A program made the translations under genes and the position numbers. Source: an uncultured Actinomycetota bacterium (GTDB lineage Bacteria > Actinomycetota > Thermoleophilia > RBG-16-64-13). Taken from it: DNA of 64,000 bases. The notes below the pieces were generated by a model. It was not told the DNA's origin. It did no database searches and saw nothing but the letters and a program-made list of their open reading frames with translations. The DNA is taken from positions 7,472 through 71,471 of the forward strand of contig CAWJKH010000009.1 of NCBI GenBank assembly GCA_963843515.1. The letters are read 5' to 3'. The number at the start of each line of letters is the position of its first letter. Position 1 is the stretch's first letter. Shown here piece after piece: positions 28,508-38,419 of this stretch.

Positions 28508-29425
28508 TCACGGCGGACACTTGGCGCACACCGACCGGAATTGCATGGTGCTGAGGTAGCGGTCCCCCCGGTCGGGAAGGATCACCACTATCGTTCCCCT
28601 GTCGATCCTCTGAGCTACCCGCAGCGCAACCGCGACCGCGGCCCCACTGGAGGTGCCGATGAAAAGACCCTCCCTGGTGGCGAGCAGCCGAGTGGTTTCG
28701 AAGGCTTCGCCGTCGGCCACCATCTCCTTGATATCGAGCTCCTCCGGGCGATAGATGCCCGGCTCCATCGACTCGGTCATGTTCTTGAGACCCTGGATGG
28801 TGTGCCCCTCCACCGGCTCGACCCCCACGATCTTCACCGATGGCTTGACCGCATGCAGATACTTCCCAGTGCCCATGAGGGTGCCCGAGGTACCCATGCC
28901 CGCGACGAAGTAGTCCACCTCGCCGCCGGTCTGGCGGAAGACTTCGGGACCCGTGGTCTCGAAGTGCGCCAGGACGTTGGCCTCGTTGTCGTATTGGTTG
29001 GGCATGAAGTACTTGCCCGGGAACTGCTCCATCAGGGCGTGGGCCTGGCGGATGGCGCCGTCGATGTTCTCCTTTGCCGAGGTCGGGAACACATGAGCAC
29101 CGAACCCCTCCAGGATCAGCTTGCGCTCGGTGCTCACGCACTCGGGCATGCACAGTTGCACCTCGTACCCCTTGGCCGCCCCGATCATGGCGATGGCGAT
29201 CCCCGTGTTGCCGGAGGTCGGCTCCAGGATCACCTTGTTGCGGGTGAGCTCGCCGCTCTCTTCCGCCTTGGCGATCATGTAAAGAGCGGGGCGGTCTTTC
29301 ACCGATCCGCCTGGATTGCAGCCCTCCAGCTTGCAGAGCACCCGTACGTTCGGGTTCGGGTTGAGATTGGCGATCTCCACCAGGGGCGTGTTCCCGATGG
29401 CCTCGAGAAGGTTCACCAGACGCAT
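28508..29425 (-). CDS. cysK: cysteine synthase (PLP-dependent, CysK/CysM family)
   Basis: ATG at 29425. 'NPGGSVKDR' (PLP Lys), 'TSGNTGIA' and 'GMGTSGT'. The tail 'SVCAKCPP' is unusual. Confidence 0.9.
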   Translation of the reverse strand: MRLVNLLEAIGNTPLVEIANLNPNPNVRVLCKLEGCNPGGSVKDRPALYMIAKAEESGELTRNKVILEPTSGNTGIAIAMIGAAKGYEVQLCMPECVSTERKLILEGFGAHVFPTSAKENIDGAIRQAHALMEQFPGKYFMPNQYDNEANVLAHFETTGPEVFRQTGGEVDYFVAGMGTSGTLMGTGKYLHAVKPSVKIVGVEPVEGHTIQGLKNMTESMEPGIYRPEELDIKEMVADGEAFETTRLLATREGLFIGTSSGAAVAVALRVAQRIDRGTIVVILPDRGDRYLSTMQFRSVCAKCPP

Positions 29426-29459
29426 CTCCGATGTCTTGCGCGTACGACCCCTCGATGCT

Positions 29460-29473
29460 ACCGCATATGCGGT
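29460..29473. promoter_or_regulatory. perfect 14-bp palindrome ACCGCATATGCGGT in the cysK / META-gene divergent intergenic region
   Basis: Read directly from the sequence. It lies 35-48 bp upstream of the cysK start codon and is a candidate operator. Confidence 0.3.
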
Positions 29474-29627
29474 GCGGGCTGGAGGCAAAGAGGCCTGGGT
29501 GTGGTATTCCTGGATAGGTGCCGGTCGGCAGATGCCGGAGCCAGAAGGTCCCGGTCGCCGCGAAGAACGGCCCGCGTGTCCCCTGCCTTTCAGAGATGGT
29601 CCTGGCAGCTCGACTCGGAGGTGTGAA

Positions 29628-30444
29628 GTGAAGCGTTCGGTCCGCGTCATCCTGATCGTCAGTGCCTCAGTGCTTCTACTGGTCGTGGTGGCCGCCACCG
29701 GATGTGGCAGTGGAAGCAGCGCGGACGATTCCAAGGCGCTGGAGGGCAAGCTCTGGAAGGCCACGGAGATCGCCGGGGTACAGTCGGCCAATACCGCGGC
29801 CGGCCAGGCGTCGACGGCCAAGTTCTCCGCCGGCAAGGTCTTCGGCTCCGGCGCCGTCAACAACTACAACGCTTCCTACACCACGGGCCCCGGCGAACAC
29901 CATCGAGATCGGCATGCCCGTGAGCACCCAGATGGCCGGTCCGGAACCGGCCATGGCCCAGGAGGCCGCGTATTTCGCGGCCATCCAGAAGGCTGCCACC
30001 TACAGGGTTACCTCCGACTCTCTGACGCTGCTGGACAAGGACGGCGCCACCCAGGTGAAGTATGAAGCCGTCGCCGAGGCGTCCCTCACCGGCACCGAGT
30101 GGTCGGCCACGGCGTACAACAACGGCAAAGGCGGCCTTCAGTCGCTCGCGGCCGACACCCAGATCACCGCCATGTTCGACACCAAAGGCGGGCTTGCCGG
30201 CAACGCCACCATCAATCAGTACAACACCACCTACACGACCGGCGACGACGGCAAGATGACCATCAGCGATCAAATCATTTCAACCAAGATGGCCGGGCCC
30301 GACGCCTTCATGGCCCAGGAGGCCGCGTACCTGGCCGCTCTGCCGAAGACGGCCACCTACGCGATCGAAGGTGACACGCTCACACTGCGGGACGCGGACG
30401 GAGCGGCCCTGGCCACCTATGCGGCCAAGGGCGCAGCCAGGTAA
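29628..30444 (+). pseudogene. lipoprotein with two META (HslJ-like) domains, interrupted by a +1 frame change near 29895
   Basis: GTG follows GGAGG. Lipobox 'ATGC'. Domain 1 reads '...YNASYTTGPG' in frame 1 and continues 'NTIEIGMPVSTQMAGPEPAMAQEAAYF' in frame 2. The intact domain 2 reads 'YNTTYTTGDDGKMTISDQIISTKMAGPDAFMAQEAAYL'. Confidence 0.8.
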
Positions 30445-30468
30445 TCTGTCCCCACACCGGTGAATGAC

Positions 30469-30505
30469 AACGGGGCCGCCCTCAGAGCGGCCCCGTTGCT
30501 TTCTC
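30469..30505. terminator. rho-independent-type hairpin between convergent genes
   Basis: Perfect 11-bp stem aacggggccgc / gcggccccgtt with a 7-nt loop, followed by gctttctc. Confidence 0.6.
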
Positions 30506-30549
30506 GAATCCCGACTCGTTCTCGAATCGCGCTCGCTGCCCCCCGCGCG

Positions 30550-31545
30550 CTACCTCTGGTCTTCCGGGGCTGAAGGAGGGGCATCTGCGGCCGCCGCCGG
30601 CGCGGGCGGCGCCTCGGGTGCGGGCGTCTCAGGAGCCGGGGCCTCTGAGGCCGGTGCCGCCGGAGCCGGCGGCGGGACAGGCTGCGCATAGGGAGCCGAA
30701 GCCTGTGGCTGGGCCTGGTACGGCGGCGGTGCGTAGGCACCCTGTGGCGGCTGCGTGTAGGGCTGCTGCGCAGGCGGCTGCTGGTACGGTGGCATCGGAT
30801 ACGGAGCGTACTGAGGCGGCTGGCCGGGCGGCTGCTGGCCGGGACCGTAGGGAGCTTGGCCCGCAGGGTAGCCTGGCTGTGGGGGTTCGCGCCTGCGCCG
30901 CGCCCCAAGGACAACCAGCGTAATGCCGACGGCAAGGAGTACGACGCCGGCTACCGTCATCCCGATACCCAGCGGGAACAGGAAGCCCAAACGCGCCCCT
31001 AGGCTTACGCTCGCCTCGACGGGCGCGGTGGCGTCACCGTTCATCACGACCGCGGTCCAGTCACCGCCCCGCACGTCCCATTGCAGGGTCTGCGTGCCCT
31101 GCCCCTCTTGCTGTGCAACCCAGAAGGTCTGCTGTCCCGGAGGTGACGAGGGCGCGCCTCCCTCATAGTGCAGGTACTCGGCCGAGGACGAGAACCAGCC
31201 GACGTTCGTCACCTCGTCGTAAGCCACGCCGCTCAGGTATTCCTGCACATCCGCGGTCCGCCCGATCCCCAGGAACAGCGGGGCTCCGCCATCGGACGTC
31301 GCCTGCATCTGCACCAGCCCTCCCCCCGGGAGCCAGTCTCCGGACCCGATGTTCAACTTCACGTCCGGGGTGGTGAGGGCATAGCCGCTCGAGCTGAGCC
31401 GCCAGTCAGGCGTGGTGAGGAATCCGTTGTTGTCCTGGTGGGCGCCGTCTATCCAGAGCAGAAGACTTCCGGGAACCACCAGGGCAAGGCCGATAATTAT
31501 CAGTAGCGCCCCGATGACTATGGCAACGATCTTGGCTGCTCGCAT
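30550..31545 (-). CDS. membrane-anchored hypothetical protein with a Pro/Gln/Tyr-rich C-terminal tail
   Basis: ATG at 31545 follows GAGGAGGGG. N-terminal TM, extracytoplasmic domain, second TM, then 'PQPGYPAGQAPYGPGQQPPGQPPQYAPYP...'. Confidence 0.6.
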   Translation of the reverse strand: MRAAKIVAIVIGALLIIIGLALVVPGSLLLWIDGAHQDNNGFLTTPDWRLSSSGYALTTPDVKLNIGSGDWLPGGGLVQMQATSDGGAPLFLGIGRTADVQEYLSGVAYDEVTNVGWFSSSAEYLHYEGGAPSSPPGQQTFWVAQQEGQGTQTLQWDVRGGDWTAVVMNGDATAPVEASVSLGARLGFLFPLGIGMTVAGVVLLAVGITLVVLGARRRREPPQPGYPAGQAPYGPGQQPPGQPPQYAPYPMPPYQQPPAQQPYTQPPQGAYAPPPYQAQPQASAPYAQPVPPPAPAAPASEAPAPETPAPEAPPAPAAAADAPPSAPEDQR

Positions 31546-31682
31546 CTCGCCCCTCCTCTTCTGGAACGGTTTTGCCCCACAGAGGATTCCCAGGCCCACG
31601 CCGCTGTAATCCTCAACTACGCGGCACGCAGCAGCGCCGACTCGCGGATCCGGCCGTCGTCACCTCGCGGTGCCGGCCGGCG

Positions 31683-32537
31683 TCACTCCTCTTCTCGCCA
31701 GTGCCAGTCCCGATCGCCTTTGAACACGTTGGCATTCATCTCGTTGCTGAGATGGCAAAGGTGCGCATAAGGGAAGCGTTCCGCCATGGCGTAGTAGAAC
31801 TCGGCGACGCTGTCGGTGCGGACCAGCTCCTCCTCGGTGGCGAGCAGGTACTCCCTGGTAAACTCGAGGGAGCTCTTGTCGAATGGCATGCCGGGCCTCT
31901 GGTGCCCGGGAATTATCACCTCGGCGTCCATGGCGTCGATCTTCTCGATCTCCCGCACCCATTGCTGCCGTTCGTCGGGCAGGAGCTCGCAGGTGAAGGG
32001 GTGGGCCTGGTTGAAGAGGACATCGCTGGCGTAGAGGGTCTTGATGCAGGGGATCCACACCATGGTGTTGTAGCGCATGTCGCCGATCACTTTGGGGATG
32101 ATCTCCAGACGTTGGCCCTCAAGCTCGATGTACTCCTCGTCCAGCGACTCCACCGGACAGGAGATGCGGCAGATGTTGTGGGCCCCGATGGTGTTCTCCC
32201 ATATCTCGAGCTTGCCGAAGAACTGGGCGTTCATCATGTCCGCCTCGGACGGCACGGCAACTATCCGGGCTTCGGGGAAGGCCTGAGCGATGACCCCTGC
32301 TCCAAAGTAGTGATCGGGATGGGCATGCGTCAGATACACGGTCTTGAGCTTCTTGCCGGTCTCGATGATCTCGGCGATGAGCCGATGGACGCTCGAGAGG
32401 GTCCACTGGGCGTCGATGAGGACGGCATCGGTCTTCCCCATAACGATGACGGAGGCGACTTCGAAAGCCTCTTCGTCGCAGAAGAAGACCTTGGTCGCCA
32501 GAGGTTGGGCCGCATTCGCGTTGAGCCTGACTTCCAC
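31683..32537 (-). CDS. MBL-fold metallo-hydrolase
   Basis: 'LTHAHPDHYFG' (HxHxDH) and later His/Asp ligands ('IIPGHQ'). Confidence 0.85.
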   Translation of the reverse strand: MEVRLNANAAQPLATKVFFCDEEAFEVASVIVMGKTDAVLIDAQWTLSSVHRLIAEIIETGKKLKTVYLTHAHPDHYFGAGVIAQAFPEARIVAVPSEADMMNAQFFGKLEIWENTIGAHNICRISCPVESLDEEYIELEGQRLEIIPKVIGDMRYNTMVWIPCIKTLYASDVLFNQAHPFTCELLPDERQQWVREIEKIDAMDAEVIIPGHQRPGMPFDKSSLEFTREYLLATEEELVRTDSVAEFYYAMAERFPYAHLCHLSNEMNANVFKGDRDWHWREEE

Positions 32538-32622
32538 TGCAGATACCCCCGGTTGTCGGTTTGGCCTTACTCTAGCACTACGGCCACACTGTTGGGCGCC
32601 TGCTCATTAGTAGGCTCTAGGC

Positions 32623-33363
32623 CTACCGGGGGGCGGCGGCCGCGGAGGCCCGGGCGCGCCGCTCCTGCCTCATGCGCGCACGGGCCCGGCGGGTGACACG
32701 CACGAAGCTGGAGAAGTGCGTCCAGGGTTTGATGTCGCTCTTTTCCGTGCCGTAGATGGTCTTGATGGGCACCCAGGCCAGGCCGTACCCCCTCCCCACG
32801 CAGATGGCGATCTCCTCCACTTCGAAGGCGAACCTCTGCTCCTCGCTGTCCAGGGAAGCCTCTGCCATGCGGCGGCTGTGCAGCCGGTAGCCTGACTGGT
32901 TGTCGGGGATGCGCCGGCCCAGGGCCCAGGAGAACAGCTGGCGGCTGACTGTGTTGGTGAACCAGCGGATGGGCGGCATGTCTTTGTAGTCGCGCATGCC
33001 GACCACCAGGTCGGCGCCCGAGCGTTCCCACTCCTCCAGCAGGCGGGGGATCTCTGCGGGATCGTGCTGCCCGTCGCCGTCGAGGGTGAGAAACGCGGCC
33101 CACGCCTGCCCTTCGGCGGATGCCTCTGTGAGGGCCTCGCCGAACCCGGCCTTGAGCGCCGCCCCTTTCCCCCGGTTGGGCTGCAAGCGGAGTACCCGAG
33201 CCCCGGCGGAAGCCGCTTCAGCCCCGGTGCCGTCGCTCGACCCGTCGTCCACCACCAGCACCGGCAACCCATGGGCCGCCACGCCGGAGACCACTGCCCC
33301 GACCCTTCCGGCCTCGTCGTGGGCGGGGACGATGGCGAGCACGGGGCCACCCGTGGGAGTCAC
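32623..33363 (-). CDS. GT2 glycosyltransferase (polyprenol-phosphate sugar transferase-like)
   Basis: 'AIVPAHDEAGRV', 'VVDDGSSDGT', 'NRGKGAALKAG' and 'LDGDGQHDP'. Confidence 0.8.
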   Translation of the reverse strand: MTPTGGPVLAIVPAHDEAGRVGAVVSGVAAHGLPVLVVDDGSSDGTGAEAASAGARVLRLQPNRGKGAALKAGFGEALTEASAEGQAWAAFLTLDGDGQHDPAEIPRLLEEWERSGADLVVGMRDYKDMPPIRWFTNTVSRQLFSWALGRRIPDNQSGYRLHSRRMAEASLDSEEQRFAFEVEEIAICVGRGYGLAWVPIKTIYGTEKSDIKPWTHFSSFVRVTRRARARMRQERRARASAAAAPR

Positions 33364-33911
33364 AGTGCGGCGGGTGCTCGTTTGAGCCGGACCTTCTGCC
33401 GCTGGTCTTCGACGGCGGCGGCCAGCTCGTCAGCTCTCTGGGACCCCAGCATCAGGCTGCGCCCGTCCCGGAGCGTCAACTCCACTCCCTTGTTGCCGCT
33501 GACGTTGTAGGCCATCTTCTCCTTCGACCAGCCCCTGATGCCCCACCCGCCGTATTCCCTGAGGGCTTCGTAGGTGCGAGCCTCGACCTTCTGGATGTCG
33601 GCGATCGGGATAGACCGCCGGGAGAAAGGGCGATACCGCACGAGGACCGCGTCGGGAGTGACCTCGATGAACAGCCGCATCTGGCCGAACAGCGCCGGGA
33701 GGCCCATGCCTATCAGGAGCCAGAGGGCCACCACCAGCCAGACGGGAGGCGGGTTGCTGCCCATGGGCCGCCCCTGGACCACCAGAGCGAGGAAGGCCCA
33801 CCAGGCCAGCATGGCCGGGGCCATGACGAGCATCCAGACCCACCACTGGCGAAAGCGTTGCTCCTCTCGATAGAGAGGCGCGCCTGGGATGGTTGAGGGC
33901 GAGGAGGACAT
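33360..33911 (-). CDS. membrane protein with a C-terminal PH-like domain, function unknown
   Basis: ATG at 33911. Two TM helices, then 'YGGWGIRGWS...YNVSGNKGVELTLRDGRSLMLGS'. Its stop overlaps the GT2 start by 4 bp. Confidence 0.5.
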   Translation of the reverse strand: MSSSPSTIPGAPLYREEQRFRQWWVWMLVMAPAMLAWWAFLALVVQGRPMGSNPPPVWLVVALWLLIGMGLPALFGQMRLFIEVTPDAVLVRYRPFSRRSIPIADIQKVEARTYEALREYGGWGIRGWSKEKMAYNVSGNKGVELTLRDGRSLMLGSQRADELAAAVEDQRQKVRLKRAPAAL

Positions 33912-34023
33912 GCCCGCAAGTATAGCGGGAGCGGCGGGACCGGCGAGACCAGCCGACCGGCCGCGGTGGTGGGGGGACCTGTAGAATGTGGGGACCGCTG
34001 CAGGCAAGAAAGGGATCCCCTCG

Positions 34024-35658
34024 ATGGTCATTACCGAACTGGTCGCGCGTAACGCCGCGCTGTACGGCGACGAGGTCTGCCTCGTTTGCGTCAACCCCGA
34101 GGTGAAAGGGAAGCGTGAGGTCACCTGGCGGGACTACGAACTCATGGAGACCAACGCGCACGACTATTCTCGGCGGGAGATCACCTGGCGGCTCTTCGAA
34201 GAGGGAGCCAACCGCTTCGCCAACCTGCTGCTCGGGCGCGGCATCGGAAAGGGCGACAAGGTCGCGATCCTGCTGATGAACTGCCTGGAGTGGCTGCCCA
34301 TCTACTTTGGCATCCTCAAGACCGGAGCGGTGGCGGTGCCTATGAACTACCGCTACACCGCCGAAGAGATCGAGTACTGTCTTAAGCTCTCCGAGACCCG
34401 AGCGCTGGTGTTCGGGCCTGAGTTCGTGGGCCGGGTGGAAGCGGTGGTCCCCCGGCTGCCCGGACTCGACCCCCGCTTCTTCGTGGGCGCCGATTGCCCC
34501 TCGTTCGCCGAGTGCTACAGCGAGGTGACGGCGGGGTACTCCGCGGAGCCGCCGGCCATCGCCATCGCGGAAGAAGACGACGGCGCCATTTACTTCTCGT
34601 CCGGCACCACCGGCTTCCCCAAGGCCATCCTGCACGACCACCGCAGCCTCATGTCGGCGGCCATCGTGGAGCAGAACCACCACGGCCAGGGCCGGGATGA
34701 CACCTTCCTCTGCATCGCCCCGCTTTATCACACCGGGGGCAAGATGCACTGGTTCGGCAGCCTGCTGTCAGGCAGCATAGGCGTCCTCCTGCGGGGCACC
34801 AAGCCGGAGTGGATCCTCAAGACCATCTCCGACGAGAAGGTCACCATCGTCTGGCTGCTGGTCCCCTGGGTGCAGGACATCCTGCAGGCCGTCGACGCCG
34901 GCGAGGTCAAGCTCGAGGACTACGACCTGGACCGGTTGCGCCTCATGCACATCGGCGCCCAGCCGGTGCCGCCCAGCCTGGTGCATCGCTGGCTGGAGCG
35001 CTTCCCTCATCACCAGTACGACACCGATTACGGTCTGACCGAGTCGGTCGGGCCGGGGTGCGTGCACCTGGGCATCGAGAACGTGCACAAGGTGGGGGCC
35101 ATCGGGATACCGGGCCACTTGTGGGAGACGAAGATCGTCGACGACGCCGGCACTCTGGTCGCGCCGGGGGCTATCGGCGAGCTGGTCGTCAAAGGACCCG
35201 GCGTGATGAAGAGCTACTACAACGACCCGGAGGCGACGGCGGCTGTGCTCCGCGACGGCTGGCTACTCACGGGCGACATGGCCCGCACCGACGAGGACGG
35301 CTTCATCCATCTGGTGGACCGCAAGAAGGACGTCATCATCACCGGCGGGGAGAACATCTACCCCGTGCAGGTGGAGGACTTCCTGCACCGTCACCCCGAC
35401 ATCAAGGACGTGGCCGTCATCGGCCTGCCCGACGAGCGCCTGGGCGAGATTGCAGCGGCCATCGTCCAATTGAAGCGCGGGCATCCGCGGACCGAGGCCG
35501 AGATCGCAGAATTCTGCCTGGAGCTCCCCCGCTACAAGCGCCCGCGCAAGATCATCTTCGACCAGGTGCCGCGCAACGCCACCGGCAAGATCGACAAGCC
35601 CACGCTCAGGCGGAAGTACCACGCGGAAGGTCTCGTCCAGACGGAGACGGAGCATTAG
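34024..35658 (+). CDS. AMP-dependent acyl-CoA synthetase/ligase
   Basis: 'YFSSGTTGFPKAILHDH', 'YGLTES', 'TGDMARTDEDGFIHLVDRKKD' and 'PRNATGKIDK'. Confidence 0.9.
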   Translation: MVITELVARNAALYGDEVCLVCVNPEVKGKREVTWRDYELMETNAHDYSRREITWRLFEEGANRFANLLLGRGIGKGDKVAILLMNCLEWLPIYFGILKTGAVAVPMNYRYTAEEIEYCLKLSETRALVFGPEFVGRVEAVVPRLPGLDPRFFVGADCPSFAECYSEVTAGYSAEPPAIAIAEEDDGAIYFSSGTTGFPKAILHDHRSLMSAAIVEQNHHGQGRDDTFLCIAPLYHTGGKMHWFGSLLSGSIGVLLRGTKPEWILKTISDEKVTIVWLLVPWVQDILQAVDAGEVKLEDYDLDRLRLMHIGAQPVPPSLVHRWLERFPHHQYDTDYGLTESVGPGCVHLGIENVHKVGAIGIPGHLWETKIVDDAGTLVAPGAIGELVVKGPGVMKSYYNDPEATAAVLRDGWLLTGDMARTDEDGFIHLVDRKKDVIITGGENIYPVQVEDFLHRHPDIKDVAVIGLPDERLGEIAAAIVQLKRGHPRTEAEIAEFCLELPRYKRPRKIIFDQVPRNATGKIDKPTLRRKYHAEGLVQTETEH

Positions 35659-35696
35659 CTGCCGGCCGCATGTGCCTGACGCATGAGCTAAGGCCC

Positions 35697-35765
35697 GTGA
35701 GCTTCGCCCCGCGGGCGTGGCGCCGTGAGTTTCGCCACGCGAGCGTGGCTCTGTGAGCCTCGCCT
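35697..35765 (+). repeat. 28-bp-period direct repeat (2.5 copies) running into the mntP start codon
   Basis: GTGAGCTTCGCC at 35697, GTGAGTTTCGCC at 35725 and GTGAGCCTCGCC at 35753. The third GTG is the mntP start. Confidence 0.8.
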
Positions 35766-36307
35766 ACCTTCTGCTGATAGCCGTCGGTCTGGCCATGGAC
35801 GCCTTCGCCGTCTCCACCGCGTGCGGTGTGCAGATCGCGGTGGTCAGGTACGGACACGTGCTTCGCGTGGCCCTCGCTTTCGGCTTCTTCCAGTTCATGA
35901 TGCCGGTGATCGGCTGGTTCGCCGGTTCTACGTTTTCCGGATGGCTGGAGGCGGTGGATCACTGGGTGGCTTTCGGTCTTCTCACGGTGATCGGCGTCCG
36001 CATGATATGGGAGTCGTTCCGAGAGGAAGAAACCCCGGACAGAGACCCTACCCGGGGCTGGCACCTGCTGGTGCTGGCGGTGGCCACGAGCATCGACGCA
36101 CTGGCCGTTGGGCTCGGATTGGCGTTCCTGGGCGTCTCCATCTGGATCCCGAGCCTAGTGATCGGCATCGTCGCTGCGATCCTCAGCGCCGTCGGGGCCC
36201 TGTTCGGCTGCCGCCTGGGCCGCCGTTTCGGAGTGTGGGCAGAGCGGGCCGGCGGACTGGTGCTGATCGGGATAGGCGTGAAGATCCTCATCGAGCACCT
36301 GACCTAG
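35753..36307 (+). CDS. mntP: manganese efflux pump MntP
   Basis: 'LLLIAVGLAMDAFAVS' and a second 'SIDALAVG' half. Six TM helices. Typical MntP/DUF204 duplication. Confidence 0.85.
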   Translation: MSLAYLLLIAVGLAMDAFAVSTACGVQIAVVRYGHVLRVALAFGFFQFMMPVIGWFAGSTFSGWLEAVDHWVAFGLLTVIGVRMIWESFREEETPDRDPTRGWHLLVLAVATSIDALAVGLGLAFLGVSIWIPSLVIGIVAAILSAVGALFGCRLGRRFGVWAERAGGLVLIGIGVKILIEHLT

Positions 36308-36444
36308 ACGCCACTGCCTGGAGTGCGGGGGGCCGCTCGGTCGACCCCGTAGAGGGGCCTGCTGAGCGGCGCCGGGGCGGCGGGCCGAACGGCCCCGGAC
36401 GGGCGGCGCGCGAAGCCGCCGCCTCCGCGCTTTTCAGCGGCCTT

Positions 36445-37911
36445 CTATCGCTCTTTGGCCGCGCTCATGGCGATGCCGAGGTCTGCCGCCACTCCTTCTC
36501 CGTAGGCCGGATCGGCCTTGAGGCAGTTCCGGACGTGCCGGATCTGCACATCCTTCGTGACACCGGCCAGGTTCCGGGCTGTGTTGTCGCAGAGGATCCG
36601 CTGCTTCTCAGCCCCGATGAGTCTGAACAGCAGACCCGGCTGCGTGTAGTAATCGCTGTCGTCGGCCCGGTAGTCCCAGCGATCGGCTGCACCCTCCAGA
36701 GCCAGGGGCGGTTCGGAGAACTCCGGCTGCTCCTGCCACACGCCGTAGCTGTTGGGCTCGTAGTGCAACGTGCTGCCGTAGTTTCCATCCACCCGCATGG
36801 ACCCATCACGACTGAAGCCGTGGACCGGACAACGGGCCTTGTTCACCGGGATGAGGTGATGGTTCACCCCCAGCCTGTAGCGCTGGGCGTCACCATAGGA
36901 GAACAGCCGGCCCTGAAGCATCTTGTCGGGCGAGAAGCCGATCCCAGGCACCACGTTGCCCGGGTTGAACGCCGCCTGCTCCACGTCGGCGAAGTAGTTC
37001 TCCGGGTTCTGGTTCAGCTCCATGATCCCGACCTCGATGAGCGGGTAGTCGCCGTGCAGCCATACCTTCGTCAGGTCGAAGGGGTGGAACTTGTAGGAGG
37101 CGGCGTCCTTCTCGGGCATCACCTGGACACAGAGCTTCCACTTGGGGTAGTCCTTGTTCTCGATGGCCTCGTAGAGGTCGCGCTGGTGGCTCTCCCGGTC
37201 CTTACCCACGAGCTCACCGGCTTCCTCGTCGGTGAGCGTCCTGATGCCCTGCTGGCAGACCCAGTTGAACTTGACCCACTGCCGCTCGCCGGCCGCATTG
37301 ATGAGGCTGAACGTGTGGCTGCCGAAGCCGTGCATGTGCCGGTAGCTGGCGGGGAGGCCCCGGTCGCTCATGACGATGGTCACCTGGTGCAGCGCTTCGG
37401 GAAGCGAGCTCCAGAAGTCCCAGTTGTTCTGAGCGCTCCGCATGTTGGTGCGCGGGTCCCGCTTGACCGCGTGGTTGAGGTCGGGGAACTTGAGCGGGTC
37501 GCGGAAGAAGAAGACCGGTGTATTGTTGCCCACCAGGTCCCAGTTCCCCTCTTCCGTGTACAGCTTGACGGCAAAGCCGCGGATGTCGCGCTCGGCGTCG
37601 GCGGCGCCCCGCTCCCCGGCCACGGTGGAGAAGCGGACAAACAGGTCGGTCTTCTTGCCAACAGCGGAGAAGAGCTTGGCCTTCGTGTACTTCGTGATGT
37701 CGTTTGTCACGGTGAAAGTGCCGAAAGCGCCGGAGCCCTTGGCGTGCATGCGCCGTTCGGGGATCACTTCCCGGTCGAAGTTCGCCATCTTCTCCAGGAA
37801 CCACACGTCCTGCAGCAGCATCGGGCCCCGAGGCCCGGCGGTGACACTGTCCTGGTTGTTGGCGACCGGCGCGCCGAAATTGGTGGTCAACTTCTTGTGC
37901 TGGTCGGTCAT
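36445..37911 (-). CDS. katA: monofunctional heme catalase
   Basis: ATG at 37911 follows GGGAGGAG. '[20 protein letters not shown]', '[13 protein letters not shown]' and '[14 protein letters not shown]' (proximal Tyr). Confidence 0.95.
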   Translation of the reverse strand: MTDQHKKLTTNFGAPVANNQDSVTAGPRGPMLLQDVWFLEKMANFDREVIPERRMHAKGSGAFGTFTVTNDITKYTKAKLFSAVGKKTDLFVRFSTVAGERGAADAERDIRGFAVKLYTEEGNWDLVGNNTPVFFFRDPLKFPDLNHAVKRDPRTNMRSAQNNWDFWSSLPEALHQVTIVMSDRGLPASYRHMHGFGSHTFSLINAAGERQWVKFNWVCQQGIRTLTDEEAGELVGKDRESHQRDLYEAIENKDYPKWKLCVQVMPEKDAASYKFHPFDLTKVWLHGDYPLIEVGIMELNQNPENYFADVEQAAFNPGNVVPGIGFSPDKMLQGRLFSYGDAQRYRLGVNHHLIPVNKARCPVHGFSRDGSMRVDGNYGSTLHYEPNSYGVWQEQPEFSEPPLALEGAADRWDYRADDSDYYTQPGLLFRLIGAEKQRILCDNTARNLAGVTKDVQIRHVRNCLKADPAYGEGVAADLGIAMSAAKER

Positions 37912-38366
37912 GATGTCTCCTCCCTTCGCAGGCATTTCTCGCACACTCCGTAGAAGCGGACCTCCACCCCGTCCACCCGACCGAGCAACTCCGTCCGGTC
38001 GGGCGCCGAGATCGAGTCGAGGTCCTCACCGTAGAGATCCCTGATGAGTCGGCAGTCCTGACACACGAAGTGGTGGTGCCTCACCGGGTTCGGGTCGTAG
38101 CGGCTGGGCCCGGGCGCCACCACTACACGCCGGACAAGTCCGAACCGCTCCATCTCCGCCAGGGTCCGATACACAGTGTCCAGGGAGATGGTGGGGATGC
38201 GCTCCCGCACGGCGAGGAATACTGTCTCCACATCAGGGTGGGTCTCACTCCTCGCCACTTCCCGCGCGACCTCGATTCTCTGGTGGGTCACACGGAGACC
38301 GTCCTGCCGGAGCGCCTGGGCAAACGCCGCTACCCGACGCTCCACTTCATCTGAGGGAACGCTCAC
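37908..38366 (-). CDS. Fur-family transcriptional regulator (PerR/CatR-like)
   Basis: Winged-helix N-terminus. 'HHHFVCQDC' and 'GVCEKC' form the structural Zn site. Its stop overlaps the catalase start (ATGA). Confidence 0.85.
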   Translation of the reverse strand: MSVPSDEVERRVAAFAQALRQDGLRVTHQRIEVAREVARSETHPDVETVFLAVRERIPTISLDTVYRTLAEMERFGLVRRVVVAPGPSRYDPNPVRHHHFVCQDCRLIRDLYGEDLDSISAPDRTELLGRVDGVEVRFYGVCEKCLRREETS

Positions 38367-38403
38367 GGCCTGCTCTCCATCCGCAAGCTTGTTATGGTTG
38401 GCT

Positions 38404-38419
38404 TCTTATCTAGTATAGA
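38404..38419. promoter_or_regulatory. AT-rich imperfect inverted repeat upstream of the fur-family gene (candidate Fur/PerR box)
   Basis: TCTTATCTAGTATAGA, with 10 of 16 positions self-complementary around CTAG. It lies in the only strongly AT-rich patch of this neighbourhood, about 40-55 bp upstream of the GTG start. Confidence 0.4.

Noticed and set aside
29426-29627. SAM or other riboswitch in the cysK 5' region
   Set aside because: I could not recognise any conserved riboswitch core by eye, only generic GC-rich hairpins. It needs a covariance-model scan before any claim.
35697-35765. Possible CRISPR array or riboswitch upstream of mntP
   Set aside because: There are only 2.5 repeat copies, directly abutting with no spacers, and no cas genes, so it is not CRISPR. 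I could not find the conserved yybP-ykoY core (GGGGAGUAG...), so I do not call a Mn riboswitch. It is kept as a repeat/uORF observation only.
35725-37953. 742-aa plus-strand ORF, with similar long ORFs at 20545-21687(-), 55739-57208(+), 58717-60576(+), 33430-34749(-), 8808-9890(-) and 18757-19947(+)
   Set aside because: They lie antisense to, or out of frame with, strongly supported genes (catalase, the dehydratase-family gene, DUF1269, the DMT transporter, acyl-CoA synthetase, glnS, the flippase-like gene). Their translations are Arg/Pro/Gly-rich with no motifs. This is the usual stop-codon-poor shadow ORF of high-G+C DNA.
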